A stretch of 36,863 bases of DNA from a virus, in the IMG/VR virus record IMGVR_UViG_3300027114_000002, positions 1 to 36,863 of that record. One strand, 5' to 3'. The position numbers were made by a program, and so were the translations under genes. Of the stretch, positions 1-7,507 are shown piece after piece (the first letter of the stretch is position 1; the number at the start of each line of letters is the position of its first letter). Below the pieces are notes generated by a model that saw only the letters and a list, made by a program, of their open reading frames with translations, did not search any database and was not told where the DNA came from.

Positions 1-99
1 AAGGCATCACGGAGAAGGATGCTATCCTAGCGGCAGTACGCGGTTTAGTTAACCGTGAAATAAGTTCGAGCAATGAACTGACTGATGATGAGATCACGC
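1..99. repeat. Left copy of the 99-bp terminal direct overlap (identical to 36765..36863)
   Basis: I compared the two ends base by base and they match exactly. Confidence 0.95.
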
Positions 100-134
100 T
101 TATTATCAAAAACCTGGCGGTTGTCGGTTCATGA
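1..134 (+). CDS. 3' end of the wrap-around annealase-like gene that starts at 36347 (partial in this linearisation)
   Basis: The reading frame from 36347 continues through the 99-bp terminal overlap. It ends at TGA 132..134, which overlaps the ATG at 131 (ATGA). Confidence 0.6.
   Translation, partial: GITEKDAILAAVRGLVNREISSSNELTDDEITLIIKNLAVVGS
113..122 (-). promoter_or_regulatory. Copy F of the exact 10-mer AACCGCCAGG (reverse orientation), 9 nt upstream of the dCMP deaminase ATG
   Basis: The + strand reads CCTGGCGGTT. A second AACCG half-site follows on the minus strand (gAACCGacAACCGCCAGG). Confidence 0.5.
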
Positions 135-556
135 CTCGAATGTCTTGGGACAAATATGGATTGGAGATTGCGAGAGCAGCCTCCTATCGCAGTGAAGATC
201 CATATCTAAAAGTTGGTGCATGTGTTCTACGTGGGGATAGAAGCATAATAAGCATCGGCTACAATGGGGCTGCGCCTGGCGTCGATATTCCTTGGGGAGA
301 TAGAGACGCTAGGCGTGGTTTTGTAATACACGCAGAGGTGAATGCATTGCGGTATTGCACACCAGATCAAACAAAGGGTGGATATTTATATGTGACTCAT
401 CATCCTTGTTCTGAATGCATAAAGGTAATTGCTAGTTACGGAATTGCAAATGTTATGTATTCTGATTTGATAGATGGAGCAGTTTACGATCTATCTTCAA
501 TTGCTGAATTGGCAAAAGCTTTTAATATTTCATTAAAACAGGAGGTAAAACAATGA
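131..556 (+). CDS. Deoxycytidylate (dCMP) deaminase, cytidine/deoxycytidylate deaminase family
   Basis: It has the zinc-binding motifs HAEVNAL and HHPCSECIKVI (HAE...PCxxC). Its 141 aa length fits ComEB/T4 cd-type enzymes. Confidence 0.85.
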   Translation: MTRMSWDKYGLEIARAASYRSEDPYLKVGACVLRGDRSIISIGYNGAAPGVDIPWGDRDARRGFVIHAEVNALRYCTPDQTKGGYLYVTHHPCSECIKVIASYGIANVMYSDLIDGAVYDLSSIAELAKAFNISLKQEVKQ

Positions 557-984
557 GCGCTTTACAAATGATTTTGGATAATCAAAGAAAATTGCAGTTA
601 AAGTCATATGGAGTAGATATTACTACTTTTGATGAAGAACAAAGAGCAGCATATATCCGAGACATGTCTTTGGCATTAACAGATGAGTTGCACGAAGCAT
701 TAAATGAAACCGGTTGGAAACCATGGGCTACAAGTCGGCATATAAACCGATTGGCATTTATTGGTGAAATGATAGATGTACTTCATTTTTGGTGTAATTT
801 AGTTTTAGTTGCAAATGTCAATGAACAAGAGATTTTAGATGTCTATTTTGCTAAAGCCGAAAAGAATGCTAAGCGTCAATTGGTTGGTTACGACGGAGTA
901 GAAGGCAAGTGCAAGACTTGTGGACGAGCATATGATGATGCAGCAGTCCTATGTACTCCAATTGCTTGCGAGCACATAGAATGA
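553..984 (+). CDS. All-alpha NTP pyrophosphohydrolase (dimeric dUTPase/MazG/dCTPase-like) with a C-terminal Cys cluster
   Basis: It has the acidic metal-binding helices DELHEALNE and EMIDVLHF typical of the MazG/dimeric dUTPase superfamily. A GGAGG RBS lies upstream. The C-terminal tail reads CKTCG...C...C. Confidence 0.65.
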   Translation: MSALQMILDNQRKLQLKSYGVDITTFDEEQRAAYIRDMSLALTDELHEALNETGWKPWATSRHINRLAFIGEMIDVLHFWCNLVLVANVNEQEILDVYFAKAEKNAKRQLVGYDGVEGKCKTCGRAYDDAAVLCTPIACEHIE

Positions 985-1979
985 GTTACGTCTTAGATGA
1001 TGTAGTCACCTCGTTTACAGATCGGATTGCAAGTCATAGATCTGCTTGGCCAAGAATGCAGAAATGCATGGTTGATGATGCGCTTAACACTAAATCTGAG
1101 ATTGCTTTTGGCAATGATCAACTTGTTAAAGAAAACACATGGTTAGTATCGACTCCTATGGAATTCAAAGGTGAAGTCTTTAATCTATTTGGTGGTTACA
1201 CAAAAGAGACTAGAGATAGAATTGCTAGAGTTTTAGATATGGATCTTGCCAATATTAAAGCTTTGGACATGCCTATTGGCGATATTGAAAGAATTCTTCG
1301 TCCACGTGCGGCAAAGACTGATTTTGACTTTACAGAATCAGAATGGTCAAAAATTCGTGATCTAATGAAATGCGAAGTTATCAAACACGAAGATCTTGTA
1401 TTAGATATTCAAAGAGTAGTTATCGGTGATTCTCATTCTATTTCAAGGTATAGAGCAAATACTGTTGTCTATCGTCACGATGGTTTAACACTTCACGGTT
1501 TAACGGAAAGAGGAGTCGAACCTTATCTTCCTGATTACTTTGTTCCACATTTAGTTATTTACGCAGGAAATGTAGACATTAGACATCATTTATGTAGACA
1601 GTTGGATCCTGAAGGTTCAGCACGTAGGTTGGTTAGTAATCTTAGAATGCATCTAGAATATATGCAGCAAAAAGGTAAAATAGGAACATTTGAAGTTACT
1701 GCACCCTATCCGATTGAGTTTGAAGAGCGTAAAATTCCAAAAACGGGATTTTACAAAGGTACAGCTTTTTATGGATCTCATCCAGCACGTGACAGAGTTC
1801 GTTCAGTCATGACAAACGAGATGAAATATCAGTTTGACAATGTTCATGAATGGCCAACTAATTGGTACATGATCGATCCAGAAGATTATGCAAAAACATA
1901 CATGGAAAAGCCTGGATCAGTCCATTTATCACCTGAGTTTTATGAATGGGATTTGGTTAACAATGCCGCAAATAACTGA
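981..1979 (+). CDS. Protein with a C-terminal SGNH/GDSL-type hydrolase-like domain
   Basis: The start overlaps the upstream stop (ATGA). Block I is VIGDSHS, block III is AGNVD, and the block V-like segment is VHLSPEFY. The N-terminal ~150 aa have no recognisable motif. Confidence 0.5.
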   Translation: MSYVLDDVVTSFTDRIASHRSAWPRMQKCMVDDALNTKSEIAFGNDQLVKENTWLVSTPMEFKGEVFNLFGGYTKETRDRIARVLDMDLANIKALDMPIGDIERILRPRAAKTDFDFTESEWSKIRDLMKCEVIKHEDLVLDIQRVVIGDSHSISRYRANTVVYRHDGLTLHGLTERGVEPYLPDYFVPHLVIYAGNVDIRHHLCRQLDPEGSARRLVSNLRMHLEYMQQKGKIGTFEVTAPYPIEFEERKIPKTGFYKGTAFYGSHPARDRVRSVMTNEMKYQFDNVHEWPTNWYMIDPEDYAKTYMEKPGSVHLSPEFYEWDLVNNAANN

Positions 1980-3015
1980 AACCATCTACTGGGAAGACTT
2001 TAAGAAGTATTATGACAAAGCTGCCATCTTGCAAACTATAAACATTGCAAGTGACAAAGGCCGTGATACTTCTGAAGATCTACATGTAGATGATCCTTTG
2101 CAACATCACATTACTATTTACGACACAGTAGATCGTGAGTTTGCCGGATTTAGCAATGCTATCCAGCAGATTTGGTATGGATCAAACAATCCAAAAAAAT
2201 GGCAAGTTGATAGTCGTTTTGATGGTTACAACTTGCATGCAATGGATTGGTTTTATCTTTTTATGATTCACAGAGTGACTGGATCAGGTGCTTCGTTTAG
2301 TTATGACCATGGATTTAGAAACAGTATACTTTCAGATATGGCTCTCAAAACTGATAACATGATTCATATGAGAAACTATGTCTTAAGTGAGATGAAAACT
2401 GGTAGACCAATTTTTACAAGTATTGGTAATCAGATTCCACAATTTCCTAAGCCAAATGCAGAGTATCCTCGTGGATCGCAACTTTACATTTCAGAATATA
2501 TGCCTCATTTGGTTAAAGATTTTTATACTCATTTGTCCTATAATCCATTGACGATGTCCATTAGAGATGGGGTTGATTGGATCAATGAATGGCACAAATC
2601 TCAAGGTCTTAAGTGTTTCCATTTTGTAATGACAGCATTTGTAATGGATGTTGCTCAATATTTCCCTACATTGATAGATCCATGGAGTCAAGTAAACTAT
2701 GGAAGCAATGCAATCAAGGCGTTGAATTTATTGTTTAAGAACGAAGGTTACAAGCAAAAAGACTTTTTAGATGCTGCAATGGAGATCATTTGTAATGAGT
2801 TTAGATCTCCTTACGATCCGCGCGACCATGAAAGAAACTTAGGTAAAGGATTAAGTTTAGAAGATGTTGCATGTGATTATGTACGTTACGTTGAATGTTA
2901 CGTACCAAAAGGTTATGAACATTTAGAACCTTGGCAAGTAACAAACAAATCACTGATTCCTCATCATGCAAAGCATTGGACATACCACAAACACTTGGAG
3001 GCTAAAAATGTTTAA
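1963..3015 (+). CDS. Hypothetical ~350 aa protein, a candidate base-modification enzyme by context only
   Basis: It is a long ORF with coding-like composition. The start is uncertain (ATG at 1942 or 1963). I recognise no catalytic motif with certainty, although an HRVTGSGASF segment is notable. Confidence 0.45.
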   Translation: MPQITETIYWEDFKKYYDKAAILQTINIASDKGRDTSEDLHVDDPLQHHITIYDTVDREFAGFSNAIQQIWYGSNNPKKWQVDSRFDGYNLHAMDWFYLFMIHRVTGSGASFSYDHGFRNSILSDMALKTDNMIHMRNYVLSEMKTGRPIFTSIGNQIPQFPKPNAEYPRGSQLYISEYMPHLVKDFYTHLSYNPLTMSIRDGVDWINEWHKSQGLKCFHFVMTAFVMDVAQYFPTLIDPWSQVNYGSNAIKALNLLFKNEGYKQKDFLDAAMEIICNEFRSPYDPRDHERNLGKGLSLEDVACDYVRYVECYVPKGYEHLEPWQVTNKSLIPHHAKHWTYHKHLEAKNV

Positions 3016-3895
3016 GATAACAGAAGACTCTTCGAGTAAGTATTCATACAAGTCACGTGAAGAATGGTTAGATCTTGCAGGCGATTGGGTTGATGAAACT
3101 CAAATGCCAAATATAGGTACATTTCACGGTGCAACAATATGGGACGATTCTGTAACTGGAGTTGGTACAAAAGGTCGTTGGGGAGATCTATTAGTTAAAA
3201 CTATGGAATCAGATCATCTGGTTTATGTACAACCTAGAGTCGGTTGGGCAGGAGTTTCATTAGCTGCTCTTGCAAAGAAATATAACAAAAAGTTAACATT
3301 GTTCATGCCTTCTTCAAAAGTTGTAAGTGACCATCAATTAGTTTGTATTGAAAGAGGGGCAAATCCAATCTTTCGAAGAATTGCAGCAATGCCAGTTCTA
3401 AACAAATATGCAAAAGATTGGGCAGAACAAAATAATGCTCAGTTTGTGCCATTTGGTTTGGATCATCCACTAGTTGTTGCGGCTGGAGTGAAATCAACAA
3501 TTCAACAATGGGGAGCTCGAGATGAACCAAGAGACGTTGTATCAGTTATTAGTACAGGAGTTCTCACGAGAACTCTCCAAATTGCTTGGCCAAATGCAAC
3601 CTTCCACGGAATTGCAGTTGCAAGAAACTTACATGCAGGAGAGATCGGAAGAGCGGACGTTACAACTTACCATAAAGCTTTCAGAGAAAAAGCTGAGTAT
3701 GCAGACAAGATCAATGAAGAGATCAACTCCGCGCCAACCTACGATTGCAAAGGTTTAGAAAGGTTTATGTTGGACAAAACATCTGCTCCTAAAACACCTT
3801 TAACTTTATTGTGGAATGTGGCAGGTGACGTAAAACCAGTTATAATGGACCATTCACAAGTTGATAGTTTCAGAGAATGGGGTGAGTTTAGATGA
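3008..3895 (+). CDS. PLP-dependent enzyme, fold type II (ACC deaminase/D-Cys desulfhydrase/TrpB-like)
   Basis: A GGAGG RBS lies 6 nt before ATG 3008. WDDSVTGVGTKGRWGDLL resembles the K(R/E)DD..GGNKxRK PLP-lysine motif. It is followed by a VYVQPRVGWAGVSLAALAKKYNKKLTLFMP Rossmann-like segment. Confidence 0.55.
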   Translation: MFKITEDSSSKYSYKSREEWLDLAGDWVDETQMPNIGTFHGATIWDDSVTGVGTKGRWGDLLVKTMESDHLVYVQPRVGWAGVSLAALAKKYNKKLTLFMPSSKVVSDHQLVCIERGANPIFRRIAAMPVLNKYAKDWAEQNNAQFVPFGLDHPLVVAAGVKSTIQQWGARDEPRDVVSVISTGVLTRTLQIAWPNATFHGIAVARNLHAGEIGRADVTTYHKAFREKAEYADKINEEINSAPTYDCKGLERFMLDKTSAPKTPLTLLWNVAGDVKPVIMDHSQVDSFREWGEFR

Positions 3896-4335
3896 TTACA
3901 ATCATCGAAGGTTCTGATGGAACAGGCAAAACAACTTATGCTCAAAAATTAACAGAACGATACAATGCACAATATTTGCATGCCGAACAACCAAGATCTA
4001 GATTATGGGTTGATGAATATATTCGACCATTAACTTCTAGTAACATGGTATTAGATCGATGGCATTTAGGTGAATTTGTATGGCCAAAGATTTTTGGAAG
4101 AGTATCATTATTTGATGAAACCACATTTGATTATTGCAATTGGGAACTTGCTAAACTTGGAGCTAGGTTAATCCTTTTAACAAGATCAGAAGATGCAATA
4201 GCTGAAGAATTATTAAGACGTGGCGAAGAAATGCAAATCGATGCAGTATTACATTCAAGATCTTTATTTGTAGAAGCTTTTAGACAAGTGAAATATTTAG
4301 ACAAAACAATAATCCATAGTGAGGTGGTTAGGTAA
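3892..4335 (+). CDS. P-loop nucleotide kinase, thymidylate kinase (Tmk)-like dNMP kinase
   Basis: IIEGSDGTGKTT matches the Tmk P-loop (EGxDGxGKTT). A DRW motif sits at the DRY/DRH position. LILLTRSEDAIAEELLRRGEE aligns with the Tmk lid region. At 147 aa it is short for the family. Confidence 0.7.
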   Translation: MITIIEGSDGTGKTTYAQKLTERYNAQYLHAEQPRSRLWVDEYIRPLTSSNMVLDRWHLGEFVWPKIFGRVSLFDETTFDYCNWELAKLGARLILLTRSEDAIAEELLRRGEEMQIDAVLHSRSLFVEAFRQVKYLDKTIIHSEVVR

Positions 4336-5144
4336 TGCATATAATTACAGAAAATCCAAGCGAAGCTTTAGAGTTAGCAACTCAGTATGTTATTGAACAT
4401 GGTGAAGCCATATCTCCTCGCGGAATGGTTACTAGAGAACTTCTTAATGTAACTTTACAAGTAGAAAAGCCATGGAACATACCTGTATCTATGGAAAACC
4501 GTAAACTAAATCATAATATCGGTATCAAAGAAGCCTTACAACTTGTTGGACAAGTTACGGATCCAGAAGCAATGACAAGTACCAGTCAAGTGTTTGGAAA
4601 GTTTATGGATAATGGAATACTTCATGGTGCTTATGGTCCGCGTATTCACGGTAATCTAAACAAAGTTGTTGAGCAGTTAAAAAAAGATTACTCTACAAGA
4701 CAAGCTGTTTTGACCATCTTTGATTCTAACAAAGATCTAAATGTTGATGTTAAAGATGTTCCTTGTACCTTAAACCTACAGTACTTTATTAGAGACAATA
4801 AGTTAATTGCTCGAACAAATATGAGAAGTAATGACGTATTTCTAGGTCTTCCATATGATTTAACTCAGTTTATTGCTTTACAAGGAGCAATTGCAAAAGC
4901 TTTAGATATTGAAATGGGTCAATACGTTCACGTTGTTGGAAGTATGCACATTTATGATGAACATATACCTCAAGCTCAATGGATTAAAGCATACTTCAAC
5001 GGATCATTCAAAGACTATGAACCAATGTGGACTGGCAATAATATTGGTGAAATCAGTCATACTGCAAGATCTATTCTTAAAGGTAACATTCCTGAACGTT
5101 TAACCCGTTTTGAAAGATTTTTAGCAGGTAAAATCAATGACTGA
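4335..5144 (+). CDS. Thymidylate synthase superfamily enzyme, predicted deoxycytidylate 5-hydroxymethyl- (or methyl-) transferase
   Basis: DVPCTLNLQYF carries the catalytic Cys. MRSNDVFLGLPYD aligns with E. coli ThyA QRSCDVFLGLPFN. GSMHIYDEH aligns with GGDTHLYSNH. Asp replaces the Asn177-equivalent residue. Confidence 0.8.
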   Translation: MHIITENPSEALELATQYVIEHGEAISPRGMVTRELLNVTLQVEKPWNIPVSMENRKLNHNIGIKEALQLVGQVTDPEAMTSTSQVFGKFMDNGILHGAYGPRIHGNLNKVVEQLKKDYSTRQAVLTIFDSNKDLNVDVKDVPCTLNLQYFIRDNKLIARTNMRSNDVFLGLPYDLTQFIALQGAIAKALDIEMGQYVHVVGSMHIYDEHIPQAQWIKAYFNGSFKDYEPMWTGNNIGEISHTARSILKGNIPERLTRFERFLAGKIND

Positions 5145-5271
5145 ACCTGTGGCACGATGTGAAGCATGTGGATCTTGGACTTATTTACATGCAATAGATA
5201 AACTGATGGGTCAACCACATTTTTGCAATAATTGCAAAGCCAGACAGAAAGGAAAGAAACATGCTGCCTAA
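5137..5271 (+). CDS. Small zinc-ribbon protein (44 aa)
   Basis: MTEPVARCEACGSW...FCNNCKARQKGKKHAA contains two CxxC pairs. The ATG overlaps the upstream stop. It falls below the ORF-track size cut-off. Confidence 0.45.
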   Translation: MTEPVARCEACGSWTYLHAIDKLMGQPHFCNNCKARQKGKKHAA

Positions 5272-5614
5272 TCAAAGTGAAGTTGTCAAGCGCCTGAGCG
5301 AATTATCGCGTATGCTCGATGCTGCAACTGAAGAAATAGCAGCATTAGATGACCAATCTGTTCGTGCAAAAGGATCTTATGAAGTAGCATATGCAAAATC
5401 CTTTTTAGAATCCAATGGATCAATGGATGTCAGGCGCCAAGAAGCAATTCTTGCTTGCGCTGATCTGCGTCTTGCAATGGAAATTGCAGAAGCTCAAGTC
5501 AGAGCAATAAAAGAAAGAATTAACACATTGAGGTCACAAATATCCATTGGTCAATCATTATCAGCTGCAATTAGACAACAATTTAGTGCTGAAGGCGTAG
5601 GTCAATATACATGA
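5261..5614 (+). CDS. Hypothetical coiled-coil protein
   Basis: The ORF is tightly packed between its neighbours and has a helical, heptad-like composition. Confidence 0.5.
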   Translation: MLPNQSEVVKRLSELSRMLDAATEEIAALDDQSVRAKGSYEVAYAKSFLESNGSMDVRRQEAILACADLRLAMEIAEAQVRAIKERINTLRSQISIGQSLSAAIRQQFSAEGVGQYT

Positions 5615-5877
5615 GATTTAGAAGCAAGAAAATGGCTAAGAAATATGTTGAAAGGCGCAAACTAGTTGCACAAATGCTAGAAACTTATCCCATATGCCAA
5701 AGATGCAATGCAAAGGCGTCCGAAGAAATTCATGAGGTTCTCAGTAGAGCTCGTGGTGGAGATATTTTAGACATTGAGAACTGCAGAGCTTTATGTCATA
5801 TGTGTCACTTCTGGATTACAACAAATCCAGCAGAAGCGCTAAAAACAGGCTGGTTAAAGAATTCCTGGGATAAATGA
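5611..5877 (+). CDS. HNH endonuclease (small)
   Basis: CQRCNA...EEIHEVLSRARGG...NCRALCHMCHFWI shows a CxxC...H...N...CxxCH HNH/zinc pattern. Confidence 0.65.
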   Translation: MRFRSKKMAKKYVERRKLVAQMLETYPICQRCNAKASEEIHEVLSRARGGDILDIENCRALCHMCHFWITTNPAEALKTGWLKNSWDK

Positions 5878-6041
5878 TGCCAACTTATGACTACAAATGC
5901 CAAAAATGCGGAATCACAGTCGAAGTTACACACTCAATTTCAGAACACGGTCCTAGATGTGATTGTGGAGAAGTTATGCAAAAAGTTTTTACCGTTGTAC
6001 CCGCTATTTTCAAAGGTGACGGATGGGGAGGACAAAAATGA
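5877..6041 (+). CDS. FmdB-family zinc-ribbon protein (54 aa)
   Basis: MPTYDYKCQKCG...RCDCGE matches the N-terminal YxYxCxxCG signature of the CxxC_CxxC_SSSS family. Confidence 0.6.
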   Translation: MPTYDYKCQKCGITVEVTHSISEHGPRCDCGEVMQKVFTVVPAIFKGDGWGGQK

Positions 6042-6376
6042 CCAACTTATCTAGAAAAAGACGAGGTAGAGAAACAGAATTGATTTTTGCTGAGTATTTG
6101 AAGACACAAGGTTGGACTTATGCTGAAGCGACAAGTTCATCAGCTGCAGGAACCGACATTAAAGGAGTTATCGGAGTTGATTGGGAACTTAAAGCCAGAG
6201 CGGACTTTGATCCTAGATCAGCAATGAAACAACAACAAAAACGCATCAAAGAAGGCGTAATCCCCATCGCTGTTTTAAGGCAGAATGGACAAGGTGAAGC
6301 CGATATTGAGAATTGGCCAGCATGTGTTCCAGTAAGCATTATGATCCAATTACTTAAAGAGGCGGGTTATTTGTGA
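6038..6376 (+). CDS. PD-(D/E)XK nuclease, Holliday-junction-resolvase-like
   Basis: A GGGGAGG RBS lies 7 nt before ATG 6038. GTDIKGVIGVDWELKAR gives a D...ExK motif, preceded by an E in RETELIF. Confidence 0.5.
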   Translation: MTNLSRKRRGRETELIFAEYLKTQGWTYAEATSSSAAGTDIKGVIGVDWELKARADFDPRSAMKQQQKRIKEGVIPIAVLRQNGQGEADIENWPACVPVSIMIQLLKEAGYL

Positions 6377-6651
6377 CAATTAGAGATTTATCATTTGATC
6401 GAGAAGTTGTTCCTTGGATGAAAGAAGGCAATTGTACTGATCCATCAATTGATCCAGATTGGTTTTTCCCAGATAGTGAACACGAAAACAACATAGAACA
6501 AAGAATGGCTTTGGATATGTGCAAAACATGTCCAGTAAAAATGAATTGCTTAGGTTATGCACTCAACAATTGGCCAGTATATGGCATTTGGGGTGGAATG
6601 CGAAATAAACAACTAAAAGATCTAGCGAGACAAATAAAGGAGCAAAAATGA
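6373..6651 (+). CDS. whiB: WhiB-family transcriptional regulator
   Basis: It has the four-Cys pattern NCTD...CKTCPVKMNC (C-x(n)-C-x2-C-x5-C). It also has DPDWFFP and a C-terminal GIWGG turn followed by a basic tail. Confidence 0.9.
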   Translation: MTIRDLSFDREVVPWMKEGNCTDPSIDPDWFFPDSEHENNIEQRMALDMCKTCPVKMNCLGYALNNWPVYGIWGGMRNKQLKDLARQIKEQK

Positions 6652-7046
6652 GTGCAGCAATAACAATTAAAGGTCGTGTTGGTAAAGACATGGACATAAA
6701 GTTTACACAACAAGGTAAAGCGTATGTTCCATTTAGTGTTGTGTCCAATGTACGTAAAAAAGTTAATGAAGAATGGGTCGATGCTGACACAAGTTGGTGG
6801 GAATGCAAAGCTTTTGGAGGTTATGCCGAGGCTCTTGTAGATAACATCAAACGAGGCGATCTGGTGACTATTACAGGAACAATTAAGCAAACAACATGGA
6901 TTGACAAAGACGGAAATAAGCGCTCGTCATATGAGGTCCTGGTAGATACTATTGCAAAACAGATTGTAGTTCAAAAGTATCACGGAACACCAAGAACAAA
7001 GAATGCAGATCCTGTAACATGGGATCCTACCGAAGGAGTATTTTAA
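6648..7046 (+). CDS. ssb: Single-stranded DNA-binding protein (OB fold)
   Basis: ITIKGRVGKDMDIKFTQQGKAYVPFSV...WWECKAFGGYAE...KRGDLVTITGTIKQTTW is the typical SSB OB-fold pattern. Confidence 0.8.
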   Translation: MSAAITIKGRVGKDMDIKFTQQGKAYVPFSVVSNVRKKVNEEWVDADTSWWECKAFGGYAEALVDNIKRGDLVTITGTIKQTTWIDKDGNKRSSYEVLVDTIAKQIVVQKYHGTPRTKNADPVTWDPTEGVF

Positions 7047-7507
7047 TGTCAGTTAAAGCTATGACCTATGTATGGGAAAACTCTCCCTACAATGGCAATG
7101 CTTTAATTGTCCATTTAGCATTGGCAGATCATTGTGACGATCAAGGCATTTGTTGGCCAAGTCAGCAATATTTGGCAGATAAGTGCAAGATAAGTGTCAG
7201 ACAAATTCGCAGAATCATTCACCAAATGATTGCTGATAACTATTTGTTTATAGAACAGCATTCGAGAGCTGGTATTTCTAATAATCGTTACAGATTGTTA
7301 TTTAGAAAGCCGCAGGTCACTGATGTCCTGTCCACAGAATATGACGACTCTAAACGTCCTGCGGCTGAGGTCACAGCTGTGGCCAGCGGTAGAGGTCAAG
7401 CTGATGGCCACCCTAATCATCATATAACCATCAATAATCACCAGAGAAAAGGTCCACCAGAAGAAGTTAAATTGATGATAGAAAGGCTAAGAAAGAAAAA
7501 TGGATAA
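7046..7507 (+). CDS. Winged-helix/HTH DNA-binding protein (replication-initiator or regulator-like)
   Basis: A GAAGGAG RBS precedes ATG 7046. The segment ALIVHLALADHCDDQGICWPSQQYLADKCKISVRQIRRIIHQM is characteristic of HTH_36-type phage proteins. Confidence 0.55.
   Translation: MSVKAMTYVWENSPYNGNALIVHLALADHCDDQGICWPSQQYLADKCKISVRQIRRIIHQMIADNYLFIEQHSRAGISNNRYRLLFRKPQVTDVLSTEYDDSKRPAAEVTAVASGRGQADGHPNHHITINNHQRKGPPEEVKLMIERLRKKNG

Noticed and set aside
1-99. Interpreting the terminal repeat as a biological direct terminal repeat or as LTR/IS ends
   Set aside because: The repeat lies inside a continuous ORF and has no flanking target duplication. It is consistent with an assembly overlap of a circular contig.
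6555-6890. Minus-strand ORFs antisense to whiB and ssb (6555..6890, 6563..6808, 6380..6562). Similar antisense ORFs occur inside the capsid, portal, terL and tape measure genes.
   Set aside because: They lie entirely within confidently identified + strand genes, and they lack RBSs and recognisable motifs.
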